64,000 bases of DNA from Acidimicrobiia bacterium (GCA_026985095.1 JALSQW010000008.1:50470-114469); one strand, 5' to 3'; positions 20,173 to 29,591 are shown, counted from the stretch's first letter. Numbers and translations: made by a program. The notes: generated by a model not told the origin, from the sequence alone.

Positions 20173-22116
20173 CTACTTCAGGCTGGTCAGGTAGACGGCG
20201 AGGGCATCGAGATCCGCGTCGGACAGGTACGAGTAGGCCGGCATGAACGACCACGGCCGCTCCACCCGCGGATCGGCCAGATGCGCGAACAGGAACTCGT
20301 AGCTGTTGGATCCCTCCCGCGAACCGAGATGCATCAGGTCGGGTCCAAGGCGCCGGTACCCGCGCTGGATCGGATCCTCGTGCACGTAGTCACCAGCGAC
20401 GCTCACCGGTCCCAAGCCCACGTCGGGAACCACCGCCCGCACCTCCTGGGTGTGGCAGACGGCACACCCCTCCCGAAGGTAGACCGCACGACCACGCGCC
20501 TCGGCGCTCCCCGCCGGGTAGATCCGGCTCTCGTCGGCCAGGATCGTCGACGAGGCGATCGCCGGATCGAGCGACGGGAGGAACCACATCATCGTGCCGA
20601 CGATCAGGAACAGCGACACCGCACCCCACCGCAGCTGGCCCCACCGCACCGTCGCCACGCCCCCCTCGATCTCGAGATCGATCGGCTCGGCGTCGACCGC
20701 CGGCAGCTCGGGTCCGCTCCGGGCGACCGGACTGAACGCACCGACCACGAAGAGCCCCTGTGCCAGGGCGTAGACCGCCATGCCGATCGCCGCGACCCCG
20801 AGGTACGGCTTCAGCCGGGCCGCGGTGTTGAAGAACCCCGCCCCGGTGTCGACGAACAGCCCCGAGTTGGCGCCGCTCGCCCAGGTGAACCCGGCCAGCG
20901 CCGCTCCCAGCCACACCGACACCAGGACCAGTCCGAGGCCGACCATCGTGTAGCGGTAGTGCCACGTCGCGACCTGCTCACGGGCCGGAGACGCGCCCGT
21001 TCCCAGCACGTGATAGGCGAAGGCGAACAACCACATCGACACCGCCCCCAGGAACATCAGGGCGTCGTTGGCGGCCACCCATCCGGTGAACTGGACGATC
21101 GCCGACGAGGTTCGGGTCGTCGCCACGATGTCGGCCAGCGGCACGATCGCCAGCATGGCGCCGCCCGCCACCAGGAACCGCAGGGTCACCCGGTCGGGGA
21201 TCTGGAGCCAGCGACCACGCATCTCGAGCACGAAGTCGGTGACGATCACCGCCACCGGGACGACCAGCGCGATCGACGCCGCCACGCCGAGGGTCTCGAG
21301 CCAGTCGGGACCCGCGCCGTAGATCAGATCCCGCGGCCCGGTCGCCGCCCACACGAACGCCAGCGACCAGAACCCCAGCACGCTGACAGCGCTGGGCTGG
21401 ATCGGATCCGCGCCCGCCAGGCGAGGGATGAGGTAGTACACGACACCGACGCCGGCCGCCGCGAACCACAGGCCGGTGAGGCCGGCGCGGTAGAACGAAC
21501 TCTGGATCTCCCCGGCGTACCCACCGACCCCCGGCAGGGTCCCAACGACCGAGATCAGGACCAGCCACCACGTGGCCGCCACCAGGTACCACTCGGCCGG
21601 GCCCAGCCGATCCCGGCGATGAGCCACGGTGGCGGTCGCCACCCACGCCACCAACACGAAGCCGGCCAGGAGCAAGACGTCGGACCACAGCGGCATCTCC
21701 TGGTACGCCCTGCCCTCGGACGCGCCGAGGTAGATCGAGGCCATCCCCGTCGCCACTCCCACGGTGACCAGGATCAGGGCCACCAGCGCCGCTCCCTCGT
21801 GGCGCAACGGCCCGGAGGTCAGCCGAGGCAAGATGTAATAGATGGCCCCGATCAGCCCGATCGTCAACCATCCGTACAGCAACGCCGCGGTGGCGATCGG
21901 CACCAGGCGCCCGTAGGAGAACAGCACGATCCCCGAGTAGGCGCCGGGGACCGCCAGCTCGATCGAGGCGGCGGCCAGCAGCAAGGTCGCCACCACCAGG
22001 AACACCGACGCGATCACGAGATGGGCTCGCACGAGACCCGACGGACCGTGATCGGTCACCGGCGACGGCGGTACCGCCGGCTCCTGGACGTCGTTGTCGG
22101 CCAGATCGGTCGTCAC
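20173..22116 (-). CDS. cbb3 oxidase subunit I-like (no His ligands) fused to subunit II-like cytochrome c
   Basis: CcoN-like landmarks (YGRLVP, YYLIP, GFW, PDW, LRFLV, FTGW); CcoO-like EGCAVCHTQEVR, RLGPDL, SFMPAY. Confidence 0.85.
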   Translation of the reverse strand: MTTDLADNDVQEPAVPPSPVTDHGPSGLVRAHLVIASVFLVVATLLLAAASIELAVPGAYSGIVLFSYGRLVPIATAALLYGWLTIGLIGAIYYILPRLTSGPLRHEGAALVALILVTVGVATGMASIYLGASEGRAYQEMPLWSDVLLLAGFVLVAWVATATVAHRRDRLGPAEWYLVAATWWLVLISVVGTLPGVGGYAGEIQSSFYRAGLTGLWFAAAGVGVVYYLIPRLAGADPIQPSAVSVLGFWSLAFVWAATGPRDLIYGAGPDWLETLGVAASIALVVPVAVIVTDFVLEMRGRWLQIPDRVTLRFLVAGGAMLAIVPLADIVATTRTSSAIVQFTGWVAANDALMFLGAVSMWLFAFAYHVLGTGASPAREQVATWHYRYTMVGLGLVLVSVWLGAALAGFTWASGANSGLFVDTGAGFFNTAARLKPYLGVAAIGMAVYALAQGLFVVGAFSPVARSGPELPAVDAEPIDLEIEGGVATVRWGQLRWGAVSLFLIVGTMMWFLPSLDPAIASSTILADESRIYPAGSAEARGRAVYLREGCAVCHTQEVRAVVPDVGLGPVSVAGDYVHEDPIQRGYRRLGPDLMHLGSREGSNSYEFLFAHLADPRVERPWSFMPAYSYLSDADLDALAVYLTSLK

Positions 22117-22269
22117 GATCCGCGCATCCTCCTCGGGTCTGTGTTCACGGCCGGCCGGAAGCCTAGCCGCGACGCCGTCGCCGGGATTGTCCTTCGCCGG
22201 GCCGAAGGCGTCAAAGCGAGGCCGGCGGCGGTCTCACCGGAACGGATTCGTTCGCGGCCGCCGGATGCG

Positions 22270-22275
22270 TACAAT
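22270..22275 (+). promoter_or_regulatory. putative -10 element (TACAAT) of the cytochrome bc operon
   Basis: TACAAT ~30 nt upstream of AGGAGG RBS in the divergent intergenic region. Confidence 0.45.
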
Positions 22276-22306
22276 GCGCCCGCCAAGCCAGACCCGTCCC
22301 AGGAGG

Positions 22307-22897
22307 ATGACCCTGAACGACCGAGCCAAACTCGCCGGAGGCCTCACCGCGATCGCCGTCGGGATCGTCGTGGCGCTCGGTGCTGCCTTCGTCGTGCACG
22401 CTGCCGAAGCACCCCGGTTCAACGAGTTCGGACAGGAGATGTTCCCGGCCATCCCCCGAGCGTGGCAGCTCGTCACCCTCGCCCAGATCGTCTCTTTGGG
22501 AGGGGTGTTCCTGGCCATGGGAGGATTGGCCCTCGCCTACATCTACGACCGGCCGCTCACCTGGGCCCGGGCCGCGGTCGGCGCCGCCTTGTTCGTCGCC
22601 ACCACGCTGATCCTGTTCGGGATCGTCCCCAACCAGTACCTCACCCTCGCCCAGGCGACCTGGGAGTGGACCCCGACGAAGACCTTCGTGACGATCCCCC
22701 GATGGCTGGTCCTCAACAACGACCTGTCGATCAGCTACGCCGCGTTGAAGGACATGATCTCGGGTGCGTACGCCGTCGTCGCCCTCGTCGCCGTCGGCCT
22801 GGCCATGGTCAAGTGGCAGGACCGCCAGAAGAAGGCGGCGGCGCCCAAGCCGACGCCGATCTCCGAATACGGCCGACCGCTGAAGGTGGAGGGCTGA
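22307..22897 (+). CDS. hypothetical membrane protein (about 4 TM), first gene of bc operon
   Basis: Hydrophobic helices, C-terminal SEYGRPL; stop overlaps ferredoxin start. Confidence 0.75.
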   Translation: MTLNDRAKLAGGLTAIAVGIVVALGAAFVVHAAEAPRFNEFGQEMFPAIPRAWQLVTLAQIVSLGGVFLAMGGLALAYIYDRPLTWARAAVGAALFVATTLILFGIVPNQYLTLAQATWEWTPTKTFVTIPRWLVLNNDLSISYAALKDMISGAYAVVALVAVGLAMVKWQDRQKKAAAPKPTPISEYGRPLKVEG

Positions 22898-23337
22898 TGG
22901 CCAAGAACGACGTCTGGTTCGAGACCCCGCCGCTGCGGGACGACTATCAGCTCGCCGCGGTCGACGGCGACTACCTGACCAAGGCGGTCAAGCCCAAGCA
23001 GTTCCTGCACATCAACCAAGCCGAATGCATCCTCTGCGAAGGCTGCGTCGACATCTGCCCGTGGAAATGCATCCACTACCTGTCGGTCGACGTCGTCGCC
23101 GAGGCGGTCAACGTCGACGACCCGAAGGCCAACGCCGAGAACCGCGGCGTGTTCATCGTCGACGAGGACGAATGCACCCGCTGCGCCCTGTGCATCGATC
23201 GCTGCCCGACCGGCGTCATCACCCTCGGCAAGTTCGCCGGCTCCCTCGCCGAACAGGCCGAATCGATGGCGCCGTGGGAGTTCGACACGGGCGAACGCGA
23301 CTTCAAGAACGGCTACCTGTATGGCGTGCGGTGGTAG
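22897..23337 (+). CDS. 2x[4Fe-4S] ferredoxin
   Basis: CILCEGCVDICP and CTRCALCIDRCP. Confidence 0.92.
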   Translation: MAKNDVWFETPPLRDDYQLAAVDGDYLTKAVKPKQFLHINQAECILCEGCVDICPWKCIHYLSVDVVAEAVNVDDPKANAENRGVFIVDEDECTRCALCIDRCPTGVITLGKFAGSLAEQAESMAPWEFDTGERDFKNGYLYGVRW

Positions 23338-23418
23338 CCCGAGAGGCGTGACCCGGAATTGGAACCCGGCCTCCCGCGAGGCAAACTGACAAGACCCAGG
23401 ACACGGAGGAACCGACAG

Positions 23419-24183
23419 GTGGCGAACGGCAACAAGGGCGGCGGCATGAGCGGCCTGCTCGACCATGTCCGCGAGAGCCAGGTGTGGAACTCGATCTTCC
23501 GCCCCGGCTCACCGTTCCGGGCCGGCTACTCGGACTCGCCGAGGAACCGGTCGTACGTGATCATGAACAACGTGCTCTATCACCTCCACCCGGTGAAGGT
23601 GAAACGTCACGGCGTCCGGCTGTCGTACACGTTGTGCCTCGGCGGGCTCAGCTTCTTCCTGTTCATCGTGCTGACGATCACCGGCATCTTCCTGATGTTC
23701 TACTACCGGCCGACGTCGCCCCAGGCGTATCTGGACCTCCAGGCGTTGACGACCGACGTGGCCTTCGGCAACCTCGTGCGCAACATGCACCGCTGGGGCG
23801 CCCACCTGATGGTGCTATCGGTGTTCCTCCACATGGCCCGGGTCTTCTATCACGGGGCCTACAAGCCGCCGCGAGAGTTCAACTGGGTCGTCGGTGTCCT
23901 CCTGCTGCTGCTGACGCTGCTCCTGTCGTTCACCGGCTACCTGCTCCCCTGGGACCAGCTGGCCCTGTGGGCCGTGACCGTCGGCTCGACCATGGCCAGC
24001 TACACGCCCGTGTTCGGGAGCCAAGTGAGCTTCGTCCTCATCGGTGGCGTCCAGATCACCCCCGACACGTTGCTGCGCTGGTACGTGCTGCACGTGCTGT
24101 TCCTCCCGTTCATCATCACCATCTTCCTGGCGGTCCACTTCTGGCGGGTCCGCAAGGACGGCGGCATCTCCGGACCGCTCTAA
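23419..24183 (+). CDS. cytochrome b6-like subunit (N-terminal half of split cytochrome b)
   Basis: LCLGG, RNMHRWGAH, FLHMARVF, KPPREFNW, GYLLPWDQ, YVLHVLFLP, AVHF, GISGPL end; GGAGG RBS. Confidence 0.93.
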   Translation: MANGNKGGGMSGLLDHVRESQVWNSIFRPGSPFRAGYSDSPRNRSYVIMNNVLYHLHPVKVKRHGVRLSYTLCLGGLSFFLFIVLTITGIFLMFYYRPTSPQAYLDLQALTTDVAFGNLVRNMHRWGAHLMVLSVFLHMARVFYHGAYKPPREFNWVVGVLLLLLTLLLSFTGYLLPWDQLALWAVTVGSTMASYTPVFGSQVSFVLIGGVQITPDTLLRWYVLHVLFLPFIITIFLAVHFWRVRKDGGISGPL

Positions 24184-24194
24184 GGAGGCGACGA

Positions 24195-25043
24195 GTGGCA
24201 GAGATCCCAGAACACATCCTGCGGCGCTCCGCCGAGGCGCGCGCCAAGGCCGAGGGCCGGAGCGTCGAGGAGGTCCTCGCCGAGCTCAAGGGCGAGGCAC
24301 CGCCACCGCCGACCTCCGCCGCGAGCGGCGCCGCGCCCGCCGGCCGCGACCTGGCCGCCGAAGCCGAATCCTCCGGCGTGCCCCAACACCTCCTGGAACG
24401 GGCCATGCGAGCCCGGGCCAAGGCCGAAGGCAAGCCCGTTCCGGCCGCCGGTGGCGGTGCAGCCACCGCCACCGCCACCGCCACCGCTCCGAAGCCCGCC
24501 GCCGCACCGGCGCCGGCGGTTCCCCCCGGCGTCCGTACCCAGCGACTCCTCACCGTCGTCAAGGCCGGTGCCATCCAGCAGGTCAAACGGGAGCCCCACG
24601 ACAAGGTGAACGTGTGGCCGCATCTGCTGGCCATCGAGTTCGTGGCATTGCTCGCCTGCCTCGCGTTCTTGATCGTCCTGTCGATCTTCCTCGAGGCACC
24701 GCTCCTCGAGTTCGCCAACTTCAACGAACAGCCGAACCCGTCCAAGGCCCCGTGGTACTTCCTCGGCCTGCAGGAGATGCTCGCCTACTTCGACCCGCAG
24801 GTCGCCGGCGTCATCATCCCCGGCTTCGGACTCGCCGCCCTGGCGATGATCCCCTACGTCGACAAGAACCCGTCGGTGCGACCCTCGGACCGCAAGCTGG
24901 CGATCATGATCTTCACGTTCTTCATCATGGCCGCGGCGGTGCTGACGATCTTCGGGTCGTTCTTCCGCGGACCAGGGTTCAACTTCACATATCCTTGGAG
25001 GGACGGAATCTTCTTCGACGACCTGAAAGCGATCCTCGAATGA
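24195..25043 (+). CDS. cytochrome b6 subunit IV-like (PetD-like) with N-terminal repeat extension
   Basis: WPHLL, PNPSKAPWYF (PEWY equivalent), IPYVD; AAGGAGG RBS. Confidence 0.88.
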   Translation: MAEIPEHILRRSAEARAKAEGRSVEEVLAELKGEAPPPPTSAASGAAPAGRDLAAEAESSGVPQHLLERAMRARAKAEGKPVPAAGGGAATATATATAPKPAAAPAPAVPPGVRTQRLLTVVKAGAIQQVKREPHDKVNVWPHLLAIEFVALLACLAFLIVLSIFLEAPLLEFANFNEQPNPSKAPWYFLGLQEMLAYFDPQVAGVIIPGFGLAALAMIPYVDKNPSVRPSDRKLAIMIFTFFIMAAAVLTIFGSFFRGPGFNFTYPWRDGIFFDDLKAILE

Positions 25044-25918
25044 ACCCCACCACCATCTTCGCCGTCGCCCTCATCGCCACCGGCGTCCTCGCCCTCGCCG
25101 GGATCCTCGCCGTCGCCGTGCGACGCGGCAACGAGCCCGGCCCGATGACCGCCGCCGAGCTCGACCGCAAGGCCCTCGAACGCGACCGCAGCCGCCGCGT
25201 CGAGCCGACCGCAGAGGCGCCGAGCGCGGTGGCGACCCTGGAACGGACGGAAACCGAAACGGAGACCGAGGCCGGGCCGGCCGAGCCGCCGGTCGACCCG
25301 ATGCTGCAACGTGTCGAGGTCTCCGAGAACGACTACGGGGTCACCCGCCGCCAGTTCTTCAACCGAGCCCTGCTCGCGGTGTGGGGGCTCTTCCTCGCCC
25401 AGTTCGGCCTGTTCAGCCTCGCGTTCCTGTGGCCCAAGCTGAAGGGCGGCTTCGGCACCAAGGTCAACGCCGGCAAGCTCCTGGACATCAAGGAGCAGCT
25501 CTTCGACGGAGCCACGATCGTGCCGCTGCACAACAACCCGGCCCAGGCGTGGATCGTGCCCTTCGAGCTGAAGCTCCTCGAGGACGTCCCCGGCAACTCC
25601 TTCGAGAACCTTCCGTTCCTCATCGCCGGCGGCGAAGACGACGGCATCGGGATCATGGCCATGTGGCACCGCTGCGTCCACCTCGGCTGCCGGGTGCCCG
25701 AATGCGTACCGTCACAGGGCTTCGAATGCCCATGCCACGGATCGAAGTACAACATCCACGGCGAGTACGAAGCTGGACCGGCCCCCCGCAACCTCGACCG
25801 TTTCGCCGTCGAGGTCAACGACGCCGGCGAGCTGATCATCGACACCGGCAACGTCGTCCAGACGCCCCGAGCGAAGAACAAGACCGCCATGTACCCCCAG
25901 GGTCCGTTCTGCGTGTGA
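25040..25918 (+). CDS. Rieske [2Fe-2S] subunit
   Basis: CVHLGC, CPCHGSKY, GPAPRNL, internal Tat motif TRRQFF. Confidence 0.93.
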   Translation: MNPTTIFAVALIATGVLALAGILAVAVRRGNEPGPMTAAELDRKALERDRSRRVEPTAEAPSAVATLERTETETETEAGPAEPPVDPMLQRVEVSENDYGVTRRQFFNRALLAVWGLFLAQFGLFSLAFLWPKLKGGFGTKVNAGKLLDIKEQLFDGATIVPLHNNPAQAWIVPFELKLLEDVPGNSFENLPFLIAGGEDDGIGIMAMWHRCVHLGCRVPECVPSQGFECPCHGSKYNIHGEYEAGPAPRNLDRFAVEVNDAGELIIDTGNVVQTPRAKNKTAMYPQGPFCV

Positions 25919-25919
25919 G

Positions 25920-27611
25920 GTGATCGCCCTGCTGCAACCGTCCACGATCGTTCTGGCCGCCGTCGAGGAGGCCGCACCGGCTCGCCCCGAGGTCTTCGGC
26001 GTCGGTGCCCTGGCCCTGACCCTGGCCGTCGTCGCCGTTCTCGGCTGGATGACCTACCTGTACGTCAACTCCCGTCGTCGGCGCTCCGCCGAGCTCGAAG
26101 AGGCCCCCGACAACCTGTCGCCGTACCTGTCGGACGACGAACTCGAGAACGTCCGTTCCACCCGGGTGCTGCGAGGCGCGGTGTTCGCCGCCGCGTTCTT
26201 GGCCATCGTCATGACCGTCTACGCTGCCGCCGAACCGAGCCGCCAGGCCAAGGCCGCCGACACCATCTCCGAACAGGCCATCGAACGCGGCGCAGAGCTC
26301 TACCAGCGCTTCGGCTGCGTCGGCTGCCACGGGCCCGACGCCGGCGGAGGGGCGGCGCCGTTCACCGAGGCCCGCAGCAACGTCGACACGGGCTGGGTGG
26401 TGCCCTCCCTCAACGACGTCTTCCTCCGGTACAGCGACGAGGAGATCCGCTTCTGGATCACCTACGGTCGGCCGGGCACGCCGATGCCCGCCAACGGCCT
26501 CGAAGGGGGCGGCGCGATGACGTTCCAGGAGATCGACGAGGTCATGGCCTACCTGCGCTCCATCCAGATCAGCCAGGCCGACACGCTCGCCAAACGCGAC
26601 GGTACCGTCCAGTCGGCGCTGGCCCGCATGGCCAACGGCGACACCACCACCGCCCAGCTCATCGCCCTGCAGGACGCCAAGATCGCCGAGATCGCCGCCG
26701 CACCGGGGAAGGTCGACGCCGCCGGGACCCTCGACACGGAACTCGAGGCGCTCCTCGCCGGAGCCGGCACCTGCACCGTCGAATCGGCCCACGCCGTCGA
26801 GAAACCGTGCGACGACCCAGCCCCCGACACCGACCGCGATGGGTTGTCCGACGCCGCCGAACCGGCGATCACCGAGATCGCCGCCACCGCGCTCGAGCAC
26901 CTGACCGTCCTCAACGAGACCAAGACCACGGACCGACTCGAGCCGACCTTCGATCCGAATCCCGTCTACGACAAGCGGTTCGATCCGGAGAACGCGTTCA
27001 CCAACGTCACCCCCTCGGGTCGCGCCGTGCCGGACCTGGACGCCGCCATCGAGGTCCTCGAGAGCCTGCGCACCGACCTCCTCCTGCTTCGGGTCGCCGC
27101 CGAACGCCAGGACGCGTTCCTCGGTGACCTCCAGCTCGGTCTCGACTACCTCCGACAGGCCGCCGACGAGCGACCGTGGATCATCGACCCCACCGCCGCC
27201 GCCGAGGCGATGACCGACCAGCTCGCCGCCGACATCGCCGCCATGGAAGCCGTCGGCGCCGATCCCGAGGACATCCCCCCGCCACGGGTCATCTCCGTCG
27301 ACGAAGCCGAACGTGCCATCGGTCTGTTCAACGGCTACTGCGCTCGCTGTCACACCGGCGGCTGGTCGGCCGGGCCCACCTTCGAACAGGGCCCCGGCAG
27401 CGGAGCGTGGGGACCGTCGCTGAAGGAAGCCCGCTCGGTCGTTCAGTTCCCGAACTGGACCGACCAGGTCAAGTTCGTCATCAAGGGCACCGACCAGGCC
27501 GCCCACTACGGGGTCAACGGCATCGGTTCGGGTCGGATGCCCGGATTCGGGATGGTGCTGTCGGAGGAGGACATCGAGTTGATCGTCATGTTCGAGAGGT
27601 CGCTGCGATGA
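25920..27611 (+). CDS. membrane-bound dihaem cytochrome c
   Basis: CVGCH and CARCH, MP ligands (GTPMPA, GRMPGFG), two N-terminal TMs. Confidence 0.9.
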   Translation: MIALLQPSTIVLAAVEEAAPARPEVFGVGALALTLAVVAVLGWMTYLYVNSRRRRSAELEEAPDNLSPYLSDDELENVRSTRVLRGAVFAAAFLAIVMTVYAAAEPSRQAKAADTISEQAIERGAELYQRFGCVGCHGPDAGGGAAPFTEARSNVDTGWVVPSLNDVFLRYSDEEIRFWITYGRPGTPMPANGLEGGGAMTFQEIDEVMAYLRSIQISQADTLAKRDGTVQSALARMANGDTTTAQLIALQDAKIAEIAAAPGKVDAAGTLDTELEALLAGAGTCTVESAHAVEKPCDDPAPDTDRDGLSDAAEPAITEIAATALEHLTVLNETKTTDRLEPTFDPNPVYDKRFDPENAFTNVTPSGRAVPDLDAAIEVLESLRTDLLLLRVAAERQDAFLGDLQLGLDYLRQAADERPWIIDPTAAAEAMTDQLAADIAAMEAVGADPEDIPPPRVISVDEAERAIGLFNGYCARCHTGGWSAGPTFEQGPGSGAWGPSLKEARSVVQFPNWTDQVKFVIKGTDQAAHYGVNGIGSGRMPGFGMVLSEEDIELIVMFERSLR

Positions 27612-28105
27612 CGACCCGGACCCGCCGCCCTCGAGGATCGGGCCTCGGGCTCCTCGAGTGGGCCGGCATCGTGTCGGGGATCATCGTGCTGCTGGCCCTC
27701 ATCCCCGCCGTCCGCGAGGTCATGGCCGACGCCGTCGGGCTCATCTTCAATCAACGTGACCCCGACACCGGCCACGTGACCGCCTTCTCGCAGATGATGC
27801 GAGGGATCGGCATCACCATCGGAGCCGTCGTCGTGTTCATGGGTTCGGGTTGGCTGATCTTGATGACGAACCTCGGCAAGCGTCTCGCCTTCCTCGTCGC
27901 CGGCGCCGCCGTCAGCGGCTGGATGATCATGAGCGGGCTCCTCTTCGTCGTGTTCGCCCCCCGGGGCGTGCGTCCGGCGAACCTCGAAGGCCTCAACGCG
28001 CTCCAGATGCGGATCCCGGCGATCGCCATGACCCTGGGATCGGCCGTCCTGTTCGTGATGTTCGTGCTCGCCCTCGACCGGTACGAGAAGGACGAACCGG
28101 CCTGA
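27608..28105 (+). CDS. hypothetical membrane protein, last gene of bc operon
   Basis: About 4 TM helices; ATGA overlap with cytochrome c stop. Confidence 0.75.
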   Translation: MTTRTRRPRGSGLGLLEWAGIVSGIIVLLALIPAVREVMADAVGLIFNQRDPDTGHVTAFSQMMRGIGITIGAVVVFMGSGWLILMTNLGKRLAFLVAGAAVSGWMIMSGLLFVVFAPRGVRPANLEGLNALQMRIPAIAMTLGSAVLFVMFVLALDRYEKDEPA

Positions 28106-28126
28106 GGAACGCCGGCGCGGGCGTCC

Positions 28127-28486
28127 CTACCCCGACAGGGCCCGCAGCAACTCGCTCAACTGTTCGAGTTCCTGCTCGACCGCCGACAGATCGTCGATCC
28201 CCTCGGTCCCGTGGCTGATCGTGCGGGTCAACTCGAAGTCGCGTACCGGGTTCTGGAACTCCATGCCGAACCCGACGTACCCGCTGCGTTCCCCCGAACG
28301 CAACGCCTTCAGCCGAGCCGACAGGCTCGAGATCCGGCGCGACAGCTCCTCCTCGCCGATGACCGCCGCCCGCATCCGCAGGGCGGCTCGGCGAGCGACG
28401 CGTTCGAGCCGTTCGCGCCGCTCTCCGTCGGCCTGCTCGATCGCCTTGGCCAGTTCTCGGGCGGTGGACACCAGATCGTCGACCAT
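28127..28486 (-). CDS. hypothetical helical protein
   Basis: GAGG RBS, MVDDLVSTARELAKAIE..., coiled-coil-like. Confidence 0.6.
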   Translation of the reverse strand: MVDDLVSTARELAKAIEQADGERRERLERVARRAALRMRAAVIGEEELSRRISSLSARLKALRSGERSGYVGFGMEFQNPVRDFELTRTISHGTEGIDDLSAVEQELEQLSELLRALSG

Positions 28487-28549
28487 CGCTCTCACCTCTC
28501 CCCCCAATCGTTAGCAGACCGGACACCTCCGTCGGAGGGCCATTCGGCC

Positions 28550-29185
28550 CTACGACGTGGCCCGGGCCCGGTTGTGGAGATGGAAGGTGAGGATCTGCAG
28601 CTCGGTGGACAGGTCCACCCGCCGCACCTCCACGGATTCGTCGACCTGTAGAACCGTCGGCGCGAAGTTGAGGATCGACCGGATCCCGGCCGTGCAGAGC
28701 CGGTCGGCGACGTCCTGGGCGCCGGACGCCGGAACGGCGATGATCCCGATCGACACGTCCTCGTCGACGACGACCCGCTCCAGCTCGGTGAGTGGCAGCA
28801 CCGGGACGCCGTCGGGGCCTTCGCCCACCTTGGCTGGATCGACGTCGAGGAGTGCGGCGATCCGGAACCCTGCGTCGGTGAAACCGTCGTAGTGGGCGAG
28901 CGCCCGCCCGAGGTTCCCGGCCCCCACGATCACCGCCGCGTACTCCCGTTCGAGGCCGAGGACCCGCCGGATCTGAGCTTCGAGGTCGGCGATGTCGTAC
29001 CCGACGCCGCGCACACCGTAGGACCCGAGGTACGACAGATCCTTGCGCACCTGCGCCGAGTTGACACCGGCCACCTGGGCGAGCTGCTCGGACGAGCACG
29101 TCGTCCGACCCGCCTTGCCCGACGACAGGCAGCGCAGGTAGATCGGCAGTCGAGAGATGGTGGCGTGCGGGATCTGACCCTTCAT
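28550..29185 (-). CDS. rex: redox-sensing transcriptional repressor Rex
   Basis: IPHATISRLPIY, QVRKDLSYLGSYGVRGVGY, VGAGNLG, ILNFAP. Confidence 0.96.
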   Translation of the reverse strand: MKGQIPHATISRLPIYLRCLSSGKAGRTTCSSEQLAQVAGVNSAQVRKDLSYLGSYGVRGVGYDIADLEAQIRRVLGLEREYAAVIVGAGNLGRALAHYDGFTDAGFRIAALLDVDPAKVGEGPDGVPVLPLTELERVVVDEDVSIGIIAVPASGAQDVADRLCTAGIRSILNFAPTVLQVDESVEVRRVDLSTELQILTFHLHNRARATS

Positions 29186-29300
29186 CGGACCGCAGATTAG
29201 GTGTGCTCGTCGTCGAGGTCGTCTCCGGTGACGCCCATGGGGACCGCTTGCCTCGAACGATCCGCAGGACCAGCACCGGCGACCCGGCGGGGCGTCGCCA

Positions 29301-29591
29301 TCAGCGACGTTCGGGAGGTCCCGATCCTCGTCGCACCGCGGCCACGGCGTCGCGGACCTCGCGCGTGCCGATCCGTCCCTCGGCGAGCACCGCGCCCTCG
29401 CCGTCCCGCAGGACCGGGATCCGCGTCCCGAACTCGTCGAGCAGCTCCGGGGACTCCTCGACGTCGCGAACCACGACCTGCACACCCCGTCTGCGGGCCC
29501 TCGGGCCGAGCATCGCCATCACCTCCTCGCACAGGTGACAGCCGGATCGGCTCAGGACCTCGATGGTGGGACGGATACGGCTCACGGGCAT
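29301..29591 (-). CDS. glutaredoxin-like protein (DUF836 type)
   Basis: GCHLCE motif, RIPVL; upstream of rex as in other actinobacteria. Confidence 0.8.
   Translation of the reverse strand: MPVSRIRPTIEVLSRSGCHLCEEVMAMLGPRARRRGVQVVVRDVEESPELLDEFGTRIPVLRDGEGAVLAEGRIGTREVRDAVAAVRRGSGPPERR

Noticed and set aside
22117-22306. Rex operator in the divergent respiratory promoter
   Set aside because: Only a partial TTCAC; no TTGTGAA-N4-TTCACAA-like palindrome
18814-22896. Very long plus-strand ORF (1507 aa) and similar ORFs such as 15912-19076 and 10757-13096
   Set aside because: Arg/Pro/Gly-rich antisense shadows of real genes in high-GC DNA; only the last 146 aa (ferredoxin) of the 1507-aa ORF is genuine
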